Positions 13,388-25,961 of a stretch of 64,000 bases of DNA are shown here, in pieces; the stretch's first letter is position 1, and the number at the start of each line of letters is the position of its first letter. The translations under genes and the position numbers were made by a program. This DNA comes from Okamejei kenojei (Eukaryota). The notes under the pieces are model-generated. The model saw nothing but the letters and a program-made list of their open reading frames with translations, made no database searches and had not been told where the DNA came from. The DNA lies in NCBI GenBank assembly GCA_035221665.1, contig CM069140.1, positions 3,038,001 to 3,102,000 on the forward strand. The letters are read 5' to 3'.

Positions 13388-13464
13388 GGTTATTGTACGG
13401 CGGTGAATCACAGTGACTATGGGTGGCACAGTGTGAGAGATGGGACTTCCTCCATACAAAAACC
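13388..13464 (+). other. IgW: D1 segment (ACTATGGGTGG, 13416-13426) with 5' 12-RSS and 3' 22-RSS
   Basis: GGTTATTGT-12-CACAGTG [D1] CACAGTG-22-ACAAAAACC. Confidence 0.93.
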
Positions 13465-13790
13465 TGCCGCAACCAAACGCTTTAAATCACGTCTCTGGGC
13501 GCTGCGGCCGCCGCCTTTCCCCGGGACCCGTGGATATAAACCAGATCCCGAGTGCATCATCTGGCACAGGGAACAAGTCCCACTGGAGATGTGGGAACAC
13601 AAGCAGCGAGGAGCCGCTGTGGGTCGGGGCACGGTGACAGTCGCGGTGGGTTATCTCCTGTCCACCACAGGGCTGCAATGGCCGAGACTGGGCGCTGCTG
13701 TGTGGGACACACGGACACAGATGGATGGGGCTTGAATTAAGCCGCTGCCCACTCTGGCCACGGTGGACCTCGGGCTGGATGTGGGAGCGC

Positions 13791-13855
13791 AGTTTGTGAG
13801 CGGCGGTGAATCACCGTGATACTGGCCCACGGCGGCGGAGAGCTGAACAAAAACT
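13791..13855 (+). other. IgW: D2 segment (ATACTGGCC, 13819-13827) with 12-RSS on both sides
   Basis: AGTTTGTGA-12-CACCGTG [D2] CACGGCG-12-ACAAAAACT; the 5' spacer is nearly identical to that of D1 (cggcggtgaat). Confidence 0.9.
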
Positions 13856-14179
13856 GCCCCCGACAAATGGATGTCCGCAGCGCAGTCTGTCTCCACCCAT
13901 TGTGCATTGCTGCTTGCCAGTCAAATCCCTGAAGCCTGGCTCGCATTGCAGGGAAGAAATGTCAATTTCTGGCCGGTTAAAAGCCCGAAAGGAGGCGATT
14001 GTGTTTGTGAGGGACGGCCAGAGCCGGTGGCAGCAGATTGCAAAACTGCCTCTTTTATTCACACCAGACGTTGAACAAGGACGGAGATTGGGATGGAAAT
14101 GCAGGAAGCGGCTGCTCCTGGTCTGGGCAGAGTTCACGTTGACACTTTGCTGAGATTATTGGACGTGGAGGGCGAGTGG

Positions 14180-14218
14180 AGTTATTGTACTGACTGAGTG
14201 GGAAGATGGAGCAGTGTG
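14180..14218 (-). other. JH 23-RSS
   Basis: AGTTATTGT-23-CAGTGTG (reverse complement heptamer CACACTG). Confidence 0.9.
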
Positions 14219-14262
14219 TCTTGAATACTGGGGTGCAGGAACCTCGCTGACAGTGACTTCAG
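14219..14262 (+). CDS. IgW: IgW JH segment LEYWGAGTSLTVTS
   Basis: WGxGT motif, phase-1 donor G|GTAAGA. Confidence 0.97.
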
Positions 14263-14599
14263 GTAAGACCAATTCCTCAATTCCATTTTACCCAGATGTG
14301 TTTTATTAATTTATGCTTTTTGAGAATGCTGTAATTGACCTGAACTCGGTGAGATATTTGGAACAATTGCACGGATTTCCCGGAGACAGGCGGGTTTCTC
14401 CGGAGTTAAAATCTACCCAGCAACAGTACATTTCCCAGCACGTTGAACTGCCCCACAGGCTGTTCTTTCCCAGAGTCTCGCCATCATCTGCCTTCAGTCC
14501 TTCTTGTGCATGCCGACCAAGCTGGCTTTCTGGGCTCGTCCCATTGGCCCTATATACTTCTTATCCATATATCGGATTTGTCTGATAATCGTAATTCTA

Positions 14600-15650
14600 T
14601 CTGTTTTTATAGTTTCTTCTGGCAACTCATTCCAGATACTGCCGACCCAATGTGAATAAAAATGCCCCTGAAGTCCCCTTTTAAATATCTCCCCACGCAC
14701 CTTACGCCTGTGCCCTCTTGTTTTAGAAACCTCTATCCTGGGAAAAGGAATGTGAGCGTGCACCTCATCCATGCCCCTCATGATCTTGTTCACATCAATA
14801 AGGTTGCCGCCTAGTCCTTTGCTCCAAATAAAAAAAAACACCTTATCCTCCCTCTCCCTAAAACAGAACCCCACATATCCAGACAATATCTTGGTGAATC
14901 TTTCCCAAGTTCTTTCCAATATAATGCCATCCTGTAGCTGGGTGACCAGATCTGCACAGTACTTACTCCAAGCGTGGTCTCACCAATGACTTGTACAGCT
15001 GCATCATCATGTCCCAACTTTTATACTCGGTACCCTTCCCATTGAAGGCAGTCTGCCAACAGCCACCCCAGCTCCCTGTCCACCTAACTCTCCACTCTCA
15101 GAGAACCATGCCCCTGCATTTCCACATCTGTCTGTTCTACAACATTCTCCAGGCTCTACCATTTAATGTGGAAGTCCAGTCCTGGTTTGATCTACCAAAG
15201 TTCAACACCGCCTCACTTGTCAGAGTTAAATTACATTTGGCATTCCTTGGCTCCTTACATTTGGCATTCCTTCCCAACTGATCTAGATCTTCTTGTAAAC
15301 TTATCCTTCTCACTGTCCACTCATGCACTGATTTTGGTGTCATCTGCAAACTTAATATCAATGTCCATTATATTGTATGGCAAACTGTTAATGGAGATAA
15401 CCAACAACAGTGGTCTCAGCACTGACCCCTGCAGCAGTCCACTTCCTCCAAGCTAATTTAACTCATGTTGGGTTTCATGTGATCTAACCTACCATGCCAG
15501 CCCACCATGCCAGACCTTGTTGAACCCTTTCAGGTTCATGAGGCACAATTTCCCCAACACAAGCCATGCTGTCCCTAATCCTTGGCCCACCCTCCCAAGT
15601 GATCTAGATCTTGTAAACTTAGGTCTATCCCTAATCAGTCCGTGCCTATC
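14600..15650 (-). mobile_element. CR1 LINE remnants in the J-CH1 intron
   Basis: KTRGH..KVRG, FADDTKI-like remnants. Confidence 0.75.
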
Positions 15651-15934
15651 CAAAGTTAGATGCTGCTGCACCCGCTGAGTTTCTCCAGCTTTTTGTGTAC
15701 CCCTGTGCCTATCCAAATACTGGTAGTTCCTGTCCCTAAGGACATTCCCACCAATGACGTCAGGTTCACTGGTGTAGATCCCTGGCTTGGCCCTAATGTC
15801 CTTCTTCAATTACGTGTCAGTATCAGCCACCCTCCAGTCGTTTGGAGATTAATCTGCCTGTTTCCACACCATCAATCTATGACGCTATGACTCCAGTACC
15901 CGCTCCTGCAAAGCTATCCCATTAAACACATCCA

Positions 15935-16225
15935 TGTCAGACAGAGCACGAGTCAAATGCTGAATAAATCTCCCTGTGTCACTGCGCTGTCAGCTACAGA
16001 TTAGATACAAAGTTCCATCTGTCCTGTCCCAATGCTCCCAGGGAAGGGACAGCACAGGTTAGACAAGGAGTGAGGCTCCCTCCTACCTGTCCACACACAC
16101 ACCCAGGGTACGGGTTAGACACTGAGTGAAGTTCCCTCTACACTGTTACATGCTCCCAGTGCAGGGACAGAGTGCTTGACACGGAGTCAAGCTCCCTCTA
16201 CATTGCTCTGTCAAACACTCCTTGT
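15935..16225 (+). repeat. ~60-65-bp degenerate tandem repeat (..gggacagcacgggttagatacagagtaaagctccctctacactgtcc..)
   Basis: 4-5 units. Confidence 0.7.
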
Positions 16226-16494
16226 GTAAATGCTTCAGAACACAGAACATTCACTAGATTGTAAAACAAATTGATGCTGTTTGGTTCAAAAACAAAGGTT
16301 CACAATAATGAATGATTTGAACATAATGAGAGACTGTTGTACATGGTTCTAGATGTAGGTTTTAGTACACCAGGTTTTCTTTGCGTCTTGTATTGAATTT
16401 CAACATTTAGAGATCCTTAGTAAGTCAATACCTTTTATTCATGAGGCACAATTTCCCCAACACAAGCCCGACTGTCTCTAATCCTTGGCCCACT

Positions 16495-17635
16495 TAAAGC
16501 ACACGGTATTGGTGGTTCAGTATTGATGTGGATAGAGAACTGGCTGGCAGACAGGAAGCAAAGAGTAGTAGTGAACGGGTCCTTTTCAGGATGGCAGACA
16601 GTGACTAGTGGGGTGCCGCAAGGCTCAGTGCTGGGACCCCAGCTATTTACAATATACATTCATGATTTGGACGAGGGAATTAAATGCAACATCTCGAAGT
16701 TTGCAGATGACACGAAGCTGGGGGGCAGTGTTTGCTGTGAGGAGGATGCTAGGAGGCTGCAGGATGACTTGGATAGACTGGGTGAGTGGGCAAATGGATG
16801 GCAGATGCAGTATAATGTGGATAAATGTGAGGTTATCCACTTTGGTGGCAAAAACAGGAAGGTAGACTATTATTTGAATGGTGGCCGATTAGGAAAAGGG
16901 GAGATGCAACGAGACCTGGGTGTCATGGTACACTAGTCATTGAAAGTAGGCATGCAGGTGCAGCAGGCTGTGAAGAGAGCGAATGGTATGTTGGCATTCA
17001 CAGCAAAAGGATTTGAGTACAAGAGCAGGGAGGTTCTACTGCAGTTGTACAGGTCTTGGTGAGGCCACACCTGGAGTATTGCGTGCAGTTTTGGTCTCCT
17101 AATCTGAGGAAAGACATTCTTGCCATAGAGGGAGTACAGAGAAGGTTCACCAGACTGATTCCTGGGATGGCACGACTTCCATATGAAGAAAGACTGGATA
17201 GACTTGGCTTGTACTCGCTGGAATTTAGAAGATTTAAGGGTGATCTCATAGAGACTTACAAAATTCTTAAGAGGTTGGACAGGCTAGATGCAGGAAGATT
17301 GTTCCCGATGTTGGGGAAGTCCAGGACAAGGGGTCACAGTTTAAGGATAAGGGGGAAGTCTTTTAGGACCGAGATGAGAAAATCGTTTTTCACACAGAGA
17401 GTGGTGAATCTGTGGAATTTTCTGCCACTGAAGGTAGTTGAGGCCAGTTCGTTGGCCATATTTAAGAGGGAGTTGGATGTGGCCCTTGTGGCTGAAGGGA
17501 TCAGGGGGTATGGAGAGAAGGCAGGTACAGGATACTGAGTTGGATGATCAGCCATGATCATATTGAATGGCGGTGCAGGCTCGAAGGGCCGAATGGCCTG
17601 CTCCTGCACCTAATTTCTATGTTTCTATGTTTTCT
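16495..17635 (+). mobile_element. CR1 LINE 3' portion
   Basis: WIENWLADRKQRVV, FADDTKLGG, VRPHLEYCVQFWSP, (tttctatg)n tail. Confidence 0.93.
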
Positions 17636-18044
17636 ATTCTTCATTGTGAATTCACTGATGCACGTAGTTTAGATTCTGAGTCAAGTTGCTTGGTGTTTTT
17701 GACGTGAGTTTTGCTGCACAAAAGAACTGCTTTTTCCACATTAGGAACATTGATCCAAATTAAAGTGCAGTCACCACCTGCTGATCCCGGGATGGAAAAC
17801 ACCGTGAGCTGCAAATCTCGCCGCCTGACATTATTGAGCCTCCTGCACGAAACACTCGGCAGCTCGGGCAGCATCTGTGGGGAGAGAAGCAGAATCACCC
17901 TTTCACTTCAGTGCTCTTTCATCAAACTCTTTCAGTACAGTGTCTAACAACCTCACTATTTCCACTTCTATTTGATGGTTTTTTATTTTGTTGAAGGTTT
18001 CCACAACCCCTGGACATCGCAAAGCATTTCCCAGCCCATTAATC

Positions 18045-18625
18045 TCAGAGACATAGAGTCATACAGCACGGAAACAAGCCCTTCAGCTCAGCTCATGCAA
18101 GGCAGCCTGATGCCCCATGTATGCTAGTCCCACTTGCCCATGTTTACCTCATGTCCTCTAATCCTTTGCTATCCATGTACCTGGCCATGTGCCTTTTAAA
18201 TGCTGTTATTGTACCTGCCTCAACTGTTTCCTCTGGCAGCCTGTTCCATATACCCACCGCCCTGTGTATGAGAAAGTTCCCCACACATTCCTGTTAAATC
18301 TTGTTCCTCTCATCTTACACCTACATCTTGATTCCCCTATCCTGTGTAAAAGACCGTGCATTCACCCTATCTATTCCCCTCATGATTTTATACACCTTTA
18401 CAGTATCACTCTTCTGCCTTCTAGAGGTATAAAGGAGTAAAGTCCGAGCCTGCCCTACTTTTCCCTCCAGCTATGGCCCTCGAGTCCTGGCAACATTCTT
18501 GTAAATCTTCTCACCACTCTTCTAGCCTAATGATATCTTTCCTAGAGTAGCTTGATGAAAACTCAACATTGTATTCCAAATTCAGCCTCACCGATTTCTT
18601 GTAACACTCGAGTATAACATCCAAC
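18045..18625 (-). mobile_element. CR1 LINE 3' remnant
   Basis: catagagtcatacagcacggaaac tail and RT C-terminal remnants. Confidence 0.7.
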
Positions 18626-18630
18626 TTCTG

Positions 18631-19530
18631 AACTCTCATTTTAACGGACCATGGTGTGGGGGGGATAGTATCCGTTATTACCGAATGTCCGCTTTAAACG
18701 AGTAAGGTATTACCCATGTGTGTAGTTTAAACAAAGAATGCAGATGCTGGTTAATACACAAAAGACACAAAGTGCTGGAGTAACTCAACTGGTCAGGGAG
18801 CATCTCTGGAGAACATCGATAGCTGAGGTGGGGACTCTTCTTCAAACTGATTCAGTCTGCTGGGTTACTCAAACACTTTGTGTCATTTCACCTTAAAACC
18901 AGGCACCATTGCCTCTGCTCTGCATCAGCGAGTCCTTCTTCATCCACCGCACGGCCCGGTGACACGGCTGTGGTTGTGGCTCACATTGTAGCCTCTGGCT
19001 GGCAGTGCTTTCTTCAGGCTGCTGCCACTGACAGGGTGCACGGTCACCATGGGGCACCCTCACCTCTCACCAGCTGCTGCTGCTTCCAAGGTGCAGTATG
19101 TTGGTGACTCCAGGGAGAAGGAGGAGGAGATGGCGGTGGAGGGGGGGGGGGGGAAGAGGCCGAGTGGACAGAGCGAGGGGAGGACGAGGGGGAGATGGTG
19201 GTCGAGCAGGAAGTGGACAAAGTGAAGAGCCGACAGGTTGAAGCAGCAGCAGGTGGGAGGGGAGGGAGCCTCATGGTGACCAAGCACATCCTGTCGAGGA
19301 CGGCAGCTTGAAGAAAGCGCTCATCTTGGGGGCTCCTTGAGCCACAACAACAGCAGCATCACGGACCATACGGTGGTGGGTGAAGAAGGGCTCACTTCCG
19401 AGTCGGGGATGGAGTTGGAAGCCGGGGCTCTAAGCGGTCAAGAGCTATGCGTGGCAGGGTGGTATCGGCAGGTCCGTCCGTTATATCCAAAATCTGTTAT
19501 AAAGGGGTCCGTTAAAATGAGGGGTTACTG
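18631..19530. mobile_element. Non-autonomous TIR element, Tc1/pogo(Tigger)-like
   Basis: ctcattttaacggacc ... ggtccgttaaaatgaggggttactg|TA inverted ends; left end eroded. Confidence 0.6.
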
Positions 19531-20010
19531 TATATCAATTCCCTGACTCATGAAGAGCTTTTTTTTACCAACCTATTTACCTGTGACAACGCTTCCTGGG
19601 ATCTGTGTACCTGTGCTCCAAGATCCCTTAGTTGGACAACACTCCCCGGGGCCCAGTATTGAGGAAGGTCCACAACAGGCCAGATCTAGCACCATTTGGC
19701 CCGGTGGTTGTGGATATGGTCCATCTGGCACCGTACCATGTGCTTCCTGACCTGAGACACATCACCCACAGCACAGGCCGCTTTGTCCCTCTGGTTGGCA
19801 GAAGTTGCTTCACCAGTGTGAGATCAGCATTTCACTGCTTGGTCATGCACGGTGTGAAAGGGATTGGGAAAGGAACCATTTCTCTGCTCTGCCTGGCCTT
19901 CTCTCAGCCTGAATCACCTGCATTTACTCAGCAATCAGCATGAACCTGTTGCATGTGCTGGTAATAATCCATTTACTACAGAACCAACTGTTACTTTATT
20001 TACATTTCAG

Positions 20011-20319
20011 ATATTAAGACCTTGCCTTCAGTCCACATCACCTCTTCCTGCAACACAGAATCTGGCCAAGAGATCAGCGTCCTCTGTCTGGTCAAGGACT
20101 ACCAGCCTCAGATCATCAGTCAGACATGGTCCACCAGCAGTGGGGACATCAACACTGGAATCACAAAGTACCCACCAGTGTTGGGACAAAACAACAAGTA
20201 CACAATGAGCAGCTTGCTGCGAGTCCCTATGGCAGATTGGAACAGGAATAACGTCTACTACTGCAAGGCAGGATACAAGCCGGACAACATGGTGACAACG
20301 GTGTTCCAGAAGCCTCAAG
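20011..20319 (+). CDS. IgW: IgW CH1 exon
   Basis: acatttcag acceptor; DIKTLPSVHITSSCNTE..VLCLVKDY..W..YYCKAGY..KPQ; extra N-terminal Cys (probable light-chain bond); donor G|GTTAGT. Confidence 0.95.
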
Positions 20320-21455
20320 GTTAGTGTGGGATTTTGTTGTCCATTTAAAGCTAATGATAGAACTGAAGTGGAAGCCTTTGTCGAACAATGTAGGAGGAAG
20401 TGAATTACTTATTTTGCTCATTCATTCTCCTCCTATCAGCCAGAGTGCTGCTGCTCAAGGAAAAAGACAGTGAGAATTTATGTGGAAGGAGATAATGGTG
20501 GGGGGTGGGGGTTCAGGGAGGAAGCATCTCGTCATGATCTGCCTCCATTCTATCCACTGCTTTGTCTAATTCCTGCAGCTCTCTCCCACCCCAAACACCT
20601 CCCTGCAGATCAGCTGCTGTGCACAGAGCCACACCTATTGTGCCCGTGCACAGTGTGGAGATTTAAACCTTCCTCACTCTTCCTGCATTTTCCCATCAAC
20701 CCTGCAGCCGACCCCTCACCAAGTGAAATCCAATCTCCTGGTGGAAATGACATGAATCTGCTTCCACTCTCACTTTTAACCACTGCCTTCCAGTTCTGAT
20801 CAAATTATTGCTGTCATAACAAACTAAGTTTCTCATCCATTTGACCTCCTTTCCCATTAAACTTAAAGTTGTGTCAGAAGGAACTGCAGATGTTGGTTTA
20901 AAGTGAAGTTAGACAGCTGGAGTAACTCAGCGGGTCAGGCAGCATCTCTGGAGAAAAGGAGTTGGTGGCGTTTTGGGATGAGACCCCTCTTCAGACTGTC
21001 GGGAAATGGAAAAGAGAGATATAGACAATTATATAGAGAGATATAGAACTAATGAACTAAACAATATGCAAAAAAATAACGCTGATAAAGGAAACAGGCC
21101 ATTGTTAGCTGTGGGCTAGGTGAAAACGAGTTACAGACAAAGTAGAGGTGAAGACAACTTAAAGTTGTGATTCCCAAACCTCCTGCCAGTAGAAACAGTT
21201 GTGTCATCTGTTACTGTGTCTTCTCCAGCACACACTGAGATAATGGATGGTCTGTACGCCACTCTAACCCAGCCTCCCAATCACAGCTCTGACCTGCACT
21301 TCACTGTGGGACCCACCGTATCAACACATCACCGGCATATCACCAGCATTGTGGGGAGGGCTGGTTCTGGGGCACTTGCCCCAGATGCTGGGAGAGTGAA
21401 ATCCTACACTGTGGCTGAATGAATCATGTAATAACAGATATTAAATATGTTGCAG

Positions 21456-21764
21456 CTTCTAGAGCTCCACAGCTCATCCCCCTTGTTCCATCCCCGGAGG
21501 TTCTCCACAATCAAACAACTGCTGTCCTGGGCTGCATGATATCCGGATTCTCTCCTGACAATATTGCAGTTTCCTGGAAAAAAGCTGGAGTTAATCAAGC
21601 GGGCGTTGTTCTCGCGTCCACTCCGAGAACTAAAGGTGGATTTGAAACAGTTGCTTACCTGCCGTTGCATGTGGAGGAATGGACCAACGAACAGGTATAT
21701 ACTTGTGAAGTGACCCACGCACCTTCCGGCTTCAGCGGCAGCATCAACATGAGATATCAAAATG
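21456..21764 (+). CDS. IgW: IgW CH2 exon (alternative in-frame acceptor at 21465)
   Basis: APQLIPLVPSPE..LGCMISGFSPDNIAVSWKK..YTCEVTHAPSGF..YQN; donor G|GTGAGT. Confidence 0.95.
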
Positions 21765-22134
21765 GTGAGTCGTGTCGGTTAATTTATTTACAGCATTAAA
21801 CAACCTTACTGACATTTCCACCAACTTCCTGTCCCTGAGATCAGTCCTGTTGAGTGATGTATTATGTTCAGATTTGGCTTTTTGCAATTTAAGCCAATGC
21901 TTTCCATCAGTAATTCTAACTAACTCACAGGACATGTAGAGAGGAAGCTCACCAGTGTGTTTACTCTCACTCCTCTAGTTGCCTTTGTGTGCAGTGGTAA
22001 GAAAAATGGGACAGTGAATAAACCACAGGTCCCATTTGATATCCAGAGAAGATCTCTCTTCCCTTCTCACTGTCTTCTTTGTGTTAGTTTCTCCAAATCT
22101 ATCTTTTTCCACTGTTTCCTGAGTGTTCTGTATG

Positions 22135-22968
22135 GACAATAGGTGCAGGAGTAGGCCTTCGAGCCAGCACCCCCATTCAATATGATCATGGTTGATCATC
22201 CCCAATCAGTACCCCGTTCCTGCCTTCACCCCATATCCCCTGACTCCATTATCTTTAAGAGCTCTAGCTCTCTCTTGAAAGTATCCAGAGAACCGGCCTC
22301 CACCGCCCTCTGAGGCAGAGAATTCCACAGACTCACAACTCTGTGAGAAAAAGTGTTTCCTCATCTCCGTTCTAAATGACATGCCCCTTATTCTTAAACG
22401 GTGGCCCCTGGTTCTGGACTCCCCCAACATCAGGAACATGTTTCTTGCCTCTCGCGTGTCCAAACCCTTAATAATCTTAAATGTTTCAATACGATCTCCT
22501 CTCATCCTTCTAAACTCCAGGGTATACAAGCCCAGCCGCTCCATTCTCTCAGCATATGTCAGTCCCGCCATTCTGGGAATTAACCTGATGAACCTACGCT
22601 GCACTCCCTCAATAGCAAGAATGTCCTTCCTCGCAATAGGGGACTAAAACTGCACACAATACTCCAGGTGCAGTCTCCACTGGGGCCCTGTACAACTGCA
22701 GAAGGACCTATTTGCGCCTATACTTAACTCCTCTTGTTATAAAGGCAAACATGCCATTTGCTTTCTTTACTCCCTGCATGCTTACTTTCATTGACTGATG
22801 AACAAGGACCCCGAGATCCCATTGTACTTCCCCATTTCCCAACTTCACCCAATTTAGATAGTAATCTGCCTTCCTATTTTTGCTACCAAAGTGGAAAACC
22901 TCACATTTATCCACATTAAACTGCATCTGCCATGCATCTGTCCACTCACCCAACCTGTCCAAGTCACC
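22135..22968 (-). mobile_element. CR1 LINE 3' portion in the CH2-SecS intron
   Basis: QRRFIRLIPRMAGL..ESRTRGH; DAWQMQFNVDKC. Confidence 0.92.
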
Positions 22969-23202
22969 TGTAGATTGCCCTTTCATTGAAATGTCGGTGC
23001 CCTGGATTATTTTTGAACTCATCTCCACCCTCTTTAAAATGTTGTCTGATCCTGGACAAAGTGAAGCAGTTTATTGTGGTCGGCATAATCTCATGCTGAT
23101 AAATACTGAGGACACACACTGGGAATATGTGGATCTCCTGTTTCCTCAACACAGGAGGTGAAAATCTCTTAACATTTAAATCAATGAATCTTCCATTTCC
23201 AG

Positions 23203-23330
23203 GTGGAGAATGTTCGAAGTGTTCGAAGTGTCTGCCGAAGTTCTTCTACCAGAGTAATCTCAATGTGACATTCTTAGATGGTTCTACCCGGCAGTATCAT
23301 TGTTGGGCAGGAAAGTGTGAAATAAAGTAA
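23203..23330 (+). CDS. IgW: Short-form secretory tail exon (Cys-rich) GGECSKCSKCLPKFFYQSNLNVTFLDGSTRQYHCWAGKCEIK*
   Basis: ttccatttccag acceptor in phase with CH2; 5 Cys and an NVT sequon; matches the recalled skate IgX short tail. Confidence 0.93.
23321..23326 (+). terminator. Candidate poly(A) signal of the short secretory mRNA, overlapping the last codons
   Basis: GAA ATA AAG TAA contains AATAAA. Confidence 0.6.
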
Positions 23331-25281
23331 TTGGCTGCGTATGGAATTTGTCATTCTATTATTACAACCCATTTATAAGATTCAAATCCAACGCCTGGTA
23401 TCCATTTGGATCAAAGTGTACCAGAGTGGGGGAAAATACCCAAAAGCTGCCTCCCTCTCCCCTCCACTTGTTGCCTGTATATTCATTCATTTGCAGACAT
23501 TGCTGCCTCACATCCCAGTGCCACTGGCCAGATTAATTCATGCTCAGACTCTAGTCAGCAAGGACCACCCACAGATCGCAATGCAGGAGATGTTTAAGGT
23601 AAACAGTGTGAAATGTCAAAGTGGCTCAGTAAAAAATTGGGTGACCATATAATAAAGGCAAACTGGTGAGGCAAGATCCAGGGCTCTAACCGGTCTCCTG
23701 TCCTATACTGGCTTTGGGTGAAAACCGTGGTTAGCACAAATTGCCACAGATTTATTAACCCACCTCCCGGACCAGACCTCAGCCCAAAGGAGAAACTCGG
23801 GGAATGCAAGGAATGTTGCAAGGAATGGACGTGCTTGGTTATAATCATCCAAGGATAGAGAGCAGGACAAATTGTCTCTTGTGGAAGATACCAGTATTTG
23901 ACAGCATGGAGAGTATCAGGTTTCATATGAGGTGATTTCCCCCCCGACACCGCGATGGTGGCTACACGACTGTCACTGATGTGGGATGGGATTGAGCATC
24001 TTGCAAACACACATGTTTAACAATATCACATTGCTGATTAAAACAAGATTCACAAAGCAAAAACATTGTACACTGTAAAACTAGGCTTACAAATTTCCGA
24101 TGACACTGCAACGACTGTCATCCACACTAATACCGCGCACATAACTATTTTTGAAAGGAATTTGCTCGCCATTTTGCTTAAAGAAGGAGGGGTTGTGAAA
24201 TAGACAACATCTTACATTGACAAATGTTATGTCTCCTGTCAGACAGACACAGTGTATGTCTACGCAGCTGAAGGCTTTGATCTCCAGACTCACTGAAAAT
24301 TTCAATTCTGACAAACTTAATCACCCTCCACAATAAGTGTTTGAGAGCAAAATCAGCTCATGTGGTCCAAGTGACTGAGTGTGTAAACAGTGCACACACG
24401 AGAGTGGGCTGAGTGGAACTAGACTCATGATGCTGCTTCAGAAGACAAATGGCAGTGCAGGTCAGTCAGGGACAATGAATGAATAAATCATTCTCTTCCT
24501 CACCCAATGATTCTGAAGTGAAGCGGGAAAATACATCTAATGCAGAATTTCATCGCAATCTGCAGCAGGAGGGGGACCTTGATACTTCTAACCATTCATG
24601 ATTTGCTCTGCTGTCGCTGGAGAGTCAGCCGCTAATTTGTTTCAGATAGTTTCTATCAATTACTGAAATGCCTCAAAGTCTTCACTGAATAACAGTCACA
24701 CTAAACTGACACTAGTATGTGGCTGAGTGAGTTTTGGTGCTTGTGGGCAACACTGCAACGTGACACAGCAAGTGGTACAAAGGTGAAAGGAGTGCAGGCT
24801 TACGAGTGCCCAGAGTTGGAAGAATGACACATTTACTGAAGGTTGTGTTTGTGGTGAAGGTTTCTGAGATGGTGAGACACATGGTCAGAGTAAGGCTGCG
24901 ATATCAGCATGTGACATTCTTAAACTGAGGGAATCCCAGGCTTGGCCTACAGGGAGAAAAGTTGCTTTTCTCATTCATGTTGCTCAGTATTACTAATCGA
25001 TGCTGCAGGGGTTCCAGGCAAAGCACATATCAAATTGTGCCCCTGTAATGTACCAGCTGATCATGGTGATGGGAAAGAGTCAAATCCCAGTTGATGGCTC
25101 CTTTGTTCTGTTTTTTTCAGTCAAAGCTATTTAACATGAGTTTTTCTACTATTCTGTTTGCAATAAACGTAGTCAGTGTATAGTTTGATCTGGCATTGAT
25201 CAGTCTTTTATGTGATGACATAAACATCTTAAAGTTCTTTTATAAGACACCTGTTTGGATTTCTGCCCTGGCTTTCCATAA

Positions 25282-25560
25282 AGAGCCTGAGCCACTTACG
25301 CAATTTTTTCCGGCGACTGCCAGCGCATGTCATAGTCGCAGCAGGTCGCGACTGAGGAGACTACTCACGACCATACAGGCGACACCCTGACAACATATCG
25401 CGGAGTGAAGCCTATATGGTCGTGAGTAGTCGCCCAAAGAGTCGTACCTTGTTCGGGTCGCCGCTGGATTTTCAACATGTTTACAATTTTCGGCGACCTG
25501 CACCGACTTATGATGGGTGCTGGCAGTCGCCAAAAGAGTCATGTAAGTGGAACAGGCCCT
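25282..25560. mobile_element. Harbinger-type MITE (internally deleted copy)
   Basis: AGAGCCTGAGCCACTTACG ... GTAAGTGGAACAGGCCCT ends, flanked by TAA/TTA. Confidence 0.75.
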
Positions 25561-25616
25561 TTAGTAACAGATGAGTCTCAACTAAAATTCTGAACTTTTC
25601 CATTTCTGATCCACAG

Positions 25617-25913
25617 TATTGTCCATCTTCATTCAAAATCCTGGCATGAAAGAGATTTGGATCAACAAGACCGCTACGCTGGTGTGTTCAGTGATCTGTA
25701 GTGATCCGAGCCATCTCACCTGGAAGGTGGGAGGAAAGGAGAGAAGTGAAGGAGTTGTGACCCGTACACCGAGCCATGAAGGCACCCGATACCCAGTGAT
25801 CAGTGAGCTCCGGACCAGCGTGGAGGAGTGGACCAGCGGGGTGGAGTTTGTGTGCTTTGCCCAACAATCTTCATCATCCTCACCAATGTCAGCGCGGACC
25901 CACCATGTCAAAG
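25617..25913 (+). CDS. IgW: IgW CH3 exon
   Basis: VLSIFIQNPGMKEIWINKTATLVCSVIC..WKVGG..EEWTSGVEFVCFAQ; ccacag acceptor, G|GTGGGC donor. Confidence 0.93.
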
Positions 25914-25961
25914 GTGGGCAACAGATCCGTGATTAAATGGCCGTGACAGAGAGAGCGACAG

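Noticed and set aside
13620-13770. CACGGTG heptamer-like words at ~13630 and ~13759, suggesting a third D segment
   Set aside because: No nonamer at 12 or 22/23 spacing on either side
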